Source of the DNA: Octopus sinensis
Taxonomy: Eukaryota
DNA: 64,000 nucleotides
Assembly (NCBI RefSeq): GCF_006345805.1
Contig: NC_042998.1
Coordinates: forward strand, 188,914,001 to 188,978,000
Reading direction: 5' to 3'
Shown here in pieces: positions 57,117 through 64,000 of the stretch. Every line of letters starts with the position of its first letter. Positions within the stretch are counted from its first letter, which is position 1. The notes below the pieces were generated by a model that saw only the letters and a list, made by a program, of their open reading frames with translations, was not told the origin of the DNA and did no database searches. The translations under genes and the position numbers were made by a program.

Positions 57117-58159
57117 TATATAATATGCATAATTATTCTTAACACGTTTAAGCGGGTTCCAACACAAAATATGTTGGGCACTATAGTATATATTATAGGA
57201 AAATAACTTCTTCCTTTTTTTCGAGTGTTCAACACACTCGGCTCATTGTCACACAGCATTCTATGACGCCAGTGTTTCGATGAGTTGTGCCTCGTCAGCC
57301 AGAAGCAGCCGAAACTTTGAACCTAAATGTAGCTGCTGGATTTGTTTCTTCGATGATGTACTCTACGAGAAGCAGCATATTTTGCGTCATAAACCGCCAA
57401 AAAATGTTAAGAATAAATATGGAAATAACCGCTCCAAATCTCGCTGTACATCTTACAAATAACGATTTTTATATATATATATATATATCGCTAAGATAAA
57501 TATTTCAATTAACCTGAAGATTGACTGTAACCATAACTCGAATTATTACGGATTGTACAGCCATGAAACGATCGTAGTGTTTTACTCTTTATCTTTTATT
57601 AAACTTTTAATACTTTTGATATATATTTAAAATAATATAAATTAATTAATTTTATGTATTGGCTTATGTTTTTCATTGTTTGATTTACCTAATAGTGGTT
57701 TTATCTCTAATTTAATATAATCTCTTATTATAAAAGGCAGATTTTATCTGCCTCCCTTTGGGAGTTATAGAAATCTACAATATAGGATTTCTTCAATTAC
57801 AATTTACCTAGCATTTTTAAGAGTACAATGCATCGCGTCATGCCAGGTCCAGTTTTTAAAATTTTAACTCCAATTAAGCAAAATTTACAGAAAACTCACA
57901 TTCTGGTGTGTGTGTCAAATGCTTTTCTTAGTCTGGTTTACACCACACGCAAACGCACACACACAGTGGGCAACGAATAAAGTGAAACTAGATGTAATAT
58001 TTGTTTCTCTCTATCACGCTGATAGATACATGAGTAAAATGTATGGGAAGCTAACACATAAGTGTGAGTGAAAATGTTCTTGGAAGAGAGTAAATAGCCA
58101 GAGATAGTGATTTGAGGAAGACTTTACATTAAATAACCGTAGTGGCTTGTGTTAGTAAT

Positions 58160-58194
58160 AAAGTAAACATACACTCATACATACATACATACAT

Positions 58195-58234
<40 letters not shown>

Positions 58235-58480
58235 ACATACATACACACACACATACATACATACACACATACATACATACATACATATACATACATACAT
58301 ATACATACATACATATACACACACACACACACACACATACACACACACACAGTATTGAAGCTTGAGAACAATCAGATACATTTGCAACACATCTGTTGAA
58401 AATATTATTGTTCACACACATACATATACATATATACATACAGACAGACAGACAGATAGACACACACACACACACACATG
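58160..58480. repeat. (CATA)/(CA) compound microsatellite
   Basis: Seen directly in the sequence. Confidence 0.9.
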
Positions 58481-58571
58481 ATCCAGCATGGCCACAACCT
58501 CAAGGCTGAAACATATAAAAGAATAACAGAATATAAATGTGTGCATGTGTGTGAGAGAGAGAGTGTGTGTG

Positions 58572-58603
<32 letters not shown>

Positions 58604-58621
58604 TGTATATATATATATATA

Positions 58622-59069
58622 ATGCGGTTTTTTCAACAGCTTGAACTAAAAGTCAGAGGGGAATGGGATAAACTACTTATATTAACTTGCTATAAAAGCA
58701 GGTAGTAATTTTATCTTGTCCTTATTCATAGTGCAAGTTTTGAAGAGTGCATTTCGATTTTAACAGCTATTTTTTTCAAAGCTATATTGGAACAGCCTAG
58801 AAGACGAGCCTCATCCTGAAAGATCTGTAGAACTCGACAAGGACATCCTGAAAACTCTGGTGGAACAAAATCTCATCGTAACTGTTGAGGAACTAGCAGA
58901 GAAGCTTGGATTTGGTCATTCAACCATTCATTGAGACCTGTGTGCTATCGGAAAAGTCAGCAAATTGGGTCAATGGGTTCCTCACGAACTTTCCGAGTCT
59001 AATTGCATGCAGAGAGTGAATGTATGCTTTTCTTTGCTGTCACATCTCACCACTACTGCGCTATGTATA
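58622..59069 (+). mobile_element. Mariner transposase N-terminal remnant, ending near a Helitron insertion
   Basis: EDEPHPERSVELDKDILK..TVEELAEKLGFGHSTIH..GKVSKLGQWVPHELSE (WVPHEL linker). Confidence 0.8.
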
Positions 59070-59603
59070 TCTATATATATAAAACTGTAGTTGTGTGAGT
59101 GTCTGTCCCCTTCGATTTAGATTCCTAACTACTCCCACATTTTGCGGTGCAGTTTAACCAAATTCGGGTAGCTTATAGTCGTGATTCATATCGAGCCCGT
59201 CTGAGTATTACCACGCGTCTACGATGAGTCTACGATTTTAAAAATAATTTAACATCATTTTTTATTCCATTTTAATGCATAATCTTTCGTGTGTCGATGG
59301 CGGCGGAGTTGGCGTCCACGCTCACACCTGCACCTGTGGGGAAGGGAGTGTAAGGAAATCAACGTCGTAATGCGTTGTCAAGGAGACCAGCGTTCTTTTA
59401 GAACAACGACTTCATGGCTTGAAGACACCAAAACAGAAATGGCTAAGAAAGCGTCTACATGAGTCTACGATTTAAAAAAAAATTTACCATCGTTTTTTTT
59501 CCATTTTAATGCATTTTTCGCTATTTTTTGGCTATAACTCTCTAAAAATGCTTATATAGTTATTTCCCTTACAAACCCGAGCAACGCCGGGCGATACTGC
59601 TAG
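59070..59603 (+). mobile_element. Non-autonomous Helitron
   Basis: A|TC 5' end, 3' hairpin CCCG-AGCAACGC-CGGG and CTAG|T 3' end; homologous to 56723-57116. Confidence 0.8.
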
Positions 59604-59749
59604 TATATATATATATATATATATATATCACAATCAAGGAACGGCCATAATAGGCCATTCACCCACTAGAAATAACAGCCAAAAGCTTCAACCGCAAAAT
59701 AACATCAATTCCGTAAACCAGGAGAAAATTAAAAAACATTTACCCTGTA

Positions 59750-59856
59750 ATTTCTTATACGATGCACCGTTTCATCTACTGTTTAGTGGTAAACTAACCT
59801 GATTAAATTAAATCAAGCCAATCTACCATAGGCCCTTAGATTCATCAGTAAGAAAT
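59750..59856 (-). ncRNA. Type I hammerhead ribozyme, copy 1
   Basis: Minus strand reads AUUUCUUA-CUGAUGA-AUCUA...UAGAU-GAAA-CGG-UGCA-UCG-UA|UAAGAAAU. Predicted cleavage is between 59758 and 59757. Confidence 0.88.
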
Positions 59857-60238
59857 AGCCAAGTCGGAACAGATATTTTTCACGAGGCATTCCCGTCCCT
59901 GCCTCGGCAATATCTGACCTAAAATTTTCAAATCGTCGCACTCGCGCCAAATTTATCGGTAGCAAATAAATATAAGCCGCCGATTCCATTACGGAATTAA
60001 CCAGAAAATTCATAATTAATCAATATAGGGTGGCAAAAAAATTTTGTAGAATTTTTTTGCCACCAGCGGCCTAGTGGGAAAAAATTAAATAGTCATAGAC
60101 CATTTTTAAGTTCAACATCACAATCAAGGAACGGTCATAATAGGCCATTCACCCACTAGAAATAACAGCCAAAAGCTTCAACCGCAAAATAACATCAATT
60201 CCGTAAACCAGGAGAAAATTAAAAAACATTTACCTGTA

Positions 60239-60345
60239 ATTTCTTATACGATGCACCGTTTCATCTACTGTTTAGTGGTAAACTAACCTGATTAAATTAA
60301 ATCAAGCCAATCTACCATAGGCCCTTAGATTCATCAGTAAGAAAT
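60239..60345 (-). ncRNA. Type I hammerhead ribozyme, copy 2
   Basis: Same 107-nt motif as copy 1; its cleavage site lies 489 nt from that of copy 1. Confidence 0.88.
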
Positions 60346-60597
60346 AGCCAAGTCGGAACAGATATTTTTCACGAGGCATTCCGTCCCTGCCTCGGCAATA
60401 TCTGACCTAAAATTTTCAAATCGTCGCACTCGCGCCAAATTTATCGGTAGCAAATAAATATAAGCCGCCGATTCCATTACGGAATTAACCAGAAAATTCA
60501 TAATTAATCAATATAGGGTGGCAAAAAAATTTTAGGTCAGATATTGCCGAGGCAGGGACGGGAATGCCTCGTGAAAAATATCTGTTCCGACTTGGCT

Positions 60598-60704
60598 ATT
60601 TCTTACTGATGAATCTAAGGGCCTATGGTAGATTGGCTTGATTTAATTTAATCAGGTTAGTTTACCACTAAACAGTAGATGAAACGGTGCATCGTATAAG
60701 AAAT
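60598..60704 (+). ncRNA. Type I hammerhead ribozyme, copy 3 (in the inverted segment)
   Basis: Stem I 60598-60605/60697-60704; CTGATGA 60606-60612; stem II 60613-60617/60676-60680; GAAA 60681-60684; stem III 60684-60687/60692-60695; GTA triplet 60694-60696. Confidence 0.88.
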
Positions 60705-60928
60705 TACAGGGTAAATGTTTTTTAATTTTCTCCTGGTTTACGGAATTGATGTTATTTTGCGGTTGAAGCTTTTGGCTGTTATTTCTAGTGGGTGAATGGC
60801 CTATTATGGCCGTTCCTTGATTGTGATGTTGAACTTAAAAATGGTCTATGACTATTTAATTTTTTCCCACTAGGCCGCTGGTGGCAAAAAAATTCTACAA
60901 AATTTTTTTGCCACCCTATATTGATTAA

Positions 60929-60961
<33 letters not shown>

Positions 60962-62183
60962 CACGCACACACACACACACACACACACTCATACAATCAT
61001 ACATACATGCATACATGTGTTTGTGTGGGCGCCCCGCTGTGTGTGTGTATGGATGATAAATTGAAGGATCTAGGGGTTTTTGTGTCCAATTTCTGACGCC
61101 ACACTTCTAATTTTCCAGTTTGATGGTGGAAACTATTTTCAATTATACCTATATTACATTACTGATGCCATGGATCTTATAATATCATATTAGTGATATG
61201 ATACGTATAGCTGAATATCAATATAGTAAGTATCAGTAATAGCATAAAGTTCGTTTTCATATGTTCATCCTTCCACAACAAACTTCTATCCAATCTGAAG
61301 GATCAATATATATTTGTGAGATTTCATTTTTTTTTTTTTTATAAGAATCATACTCTAATAGATCTGTGACATAGAGGTATACAATTAAATACCTGCAACC
61401 GACACAGTTTCAGCACATTAGATAAGCTTTACTGTATTTTTGTCTTTTACTATACGGCAAAACTAAAAAAATTGCAGCTGTATCCGAACACGTTCCATTG
61501 AACCACCATTCTCTCTACCGAGATTATCATAGATATAACTATAAAGTGACGGAGAAGATGAACCCAGCTATATTTCTGGAAATATATCATAAGTAATGCG
61601 CGCTCATCGCATTGTTTGAGCCTAGAGGTGGACTGGTGTATTCATTTTCATTTTTATTCGATATTAGCTGTGATGGACAGCGCAAAACAAGAATGTATTT
61701 TATATTGAGGAAGAAAATTGCTATAGTTTTCAGTCGAAGCTCTTGTATATAGCTTGTCGATGAGTGAATGGGTACGCTTTTGTGTGTTTCTGTGTTAGTG
61801 AATGTGTATCTAGTTATCTGGACTCTGGGCTAGATAATTACACACTAGTCCAGAAAACGATTGATGACTAGTGGAACAGATGAGTCACAACACTTCTAGT
61901 TGGAAATTCTTATGTTCAAAATATAAAATTATAAATAGGGTTATGGAGCAAAAATTCACACCCACACGACGCTGTATTGGTTTATAAGTGAAATAAAGAA
62001 AAGAAATGGAGAAAAAATCCATCTTGTGACGAAAAGGCAGAGAGAAGGTGGAGTAATAACTGGAAATAAGGAAGAGATGAAGGAGAAGCTGGTTAATATA
62101 GATAAAGAAAGGGAAAATGCGAAACAGAAAATTAAGATATAGAAAGAAAAAGAGATTAAAAAAATATAGATCCACAGACACAC

Positions 62184-62262
<79 letters not shown>

Positions 62263-63731
62263 TCATATCAACATATGTACGTATACATACACGTGAATAT
62301 AGTAATTCGTACATATATACATATATGTTGGTTGATAGAGACTATGGCAGAGAAACCAATTGCACACCTACGCACACGTATACTTGCATACGCATTCATA
62401 CATACGCATTATCACATACAATACACAACGCATACATATTCACCTTCACTCATAACAACACGCAGACACATACACGAGTTATAAAAACACGGTTATAATA
62501 AATTACATTCTTACTGTTCATTGCATAAGAAATGAGAAATTGTCACAAAGATTTTCCATGATGGCCGTTCAATGATGGAAGACTTCAGTAGGTGACTCAT
62601 CAAGATTCTCCTGCTAGATACAACAATAATAATATCAAAGAGGTCGAAGCAACAACTATTATGATACACAACTATAGGCTGGAGTTGAACTTTGATTCCC
62701 TTGAGGAATATGTGTGTTGCTAATTAGAATTACTTGCTAGTTGGGACATATTTTGTATGTGTCTGTCTAGGGATGTATACGGCAATGAATGAGTGTGTGT
62801 GTCTAGGTATGTTCGTATGTCTAGGTATATCTGTTATGCGTATACGCCTAAGTATGTGTGTAGTTGAGTTTAAGGTATGCTATGTGGAAATGGAAATGTA
62901 GATATGAAGGTATGTATGTAGGCAATGGTTGTGTGTGCATGAGAATCTGTGTCTGTATGGTGTTTAGCTGCGTGTGTACGAATTTGTAGATGTGTGTGAA
63001 AATATGTGAGGGAATATGTGTGAGTAAGTGTGCAGTTTTGCATTTTAGACAATGGAAAACGGATTTGTTGGTGTTTGTGTTGATGCCAGTGGTTATAGAA
63101 TTGGTTTACATCATCATCGTATCCTGATATAAAACTGATGCGCAATATATATTTGGTTATAATATTTGGTATATAATTGATATATCCTGTTGTGGAATTT
63201 CAGAATCTATAATGGGAAGAATTATCGTTTATATTTCAGATTTGGTTAGCCATCTTCAATCAACAGCCGGGATGGAAATTTGTAGAACTGACTGAAGAAA
63301 GTAACCAACAGATAAAATAAATAAATAAATAATTTCTGTCATTTATAATAAGCTGATGCGGCTTATACGTTTATCTTTTTCCGAGTCAGAATCTATATAG
63401 ACACATACAAAATACATCAGACCGAGTGTAGCAGAGTTTGCGTATAAATAAACTCAGACTCATGAATATAAAGTGGTGCAGACCTATACACACTCACACA
63501 AACACAGATAGACATTATCGTGTGTGTGGGACCTTGAAGACTGCTTTAATGCAAGAAAGTAAACTAGTCCCTTAATATTTGATATTCAACATTTCATCAA
63601 TTCAATAAGACAATCAATATTTCATTTCATTTTACTATATATATTATTTATACTATATATTCTATATTCTACATTAATATTGTAAAGAATATAAATAAAA
63701 CATGAAAAACAGAGTTGGAATTCCTTTGAAT

Positions 63732-63775
<44 letters not shown>

Positions 63776-64000
63776 TATATATATATATACTACATCTTAT
63801 ATATATACAGATCTACATACATGCATACATACACACACACACACAACACACATATACGCACACGAACACATATAAAACGTTTTGTCTTTCTTTTTTTTTA
63901 CTTGTTTCCTTCACTGGCGTGTAGCCTTAAAGGGTTTAGACGAAAGAATCAACCCCACTAGTTACTTTTAAAAAAAACTAGTACTTCTGCTGTCAGTCTC

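Larger units (their letters stand above)
59627..60928 (-). mobile_element. Retrozyme-like element: tandem 490-bp hammerhead-containing units plus an inverted copy
   Basis: Unit 1 is 59627-60116. Unit 2 is 60117-60533 (partial; period 490). 60526-60928 is the reverse complement of about 60016-60416. (TA)n flanks both sides, and each copy contains a hammerhead motif. Confidence 0.85.

Noticed and set aside
59813-60013. 66-aa ORF on the retrozyme RNA strand
   Set aside because: Short, overlaps RNA structural elements, and no domain is recognisable; stops prevent rolling-circle translation.
60029-60075. Hairpin followed by CTAG in the 490-bp unit as a Helitron 3' end
   Set aside because: The unit continues past CTAG without an insertion boundary; the hammerhead and tandem circular permutation explain the unit better.

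Overview
AT-rich, microsatellite-saturated animal genomic DNA, probably intronic or intergenic. The SINE, LINE and microsatellite inventory suggests an octopus or other coleoid cephalopod; this is inferred from recall, not from a search. No host protein-coding gene can be supported, and most ORFs in the track are translations of microsatellites. The window holds three tRNA-headed SINE families (some in tandem arrays), R4/Dong-type and CR1-type LINE fragments, a Penelope-like RT remnant, Tc1/mariner remnants and non-autonomous Helitrons. The main finding is at 59627-60928: a 490-bp unit present as a head-to-tail dimer plus an inverted copy. Each copy carries a complete type I hammerhead ribozyme (CUGAUGA/GAAA core, GUA cleavage triplet, 8-bp stem I) with an unusually long, G.U-rich stem II extension. 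This is the architecture of a retrozyme, predicted to release a ~490-nt self-cleaved, circularisable RNA. A second family of ~130-140-bp hammerhead-bearing mini-elements (15648-16901) and a decayed hammerhead at the 3' end of the Penelope-like remnant (41658-41727) suggest a Penelope-driven ribozyme retroelement system.
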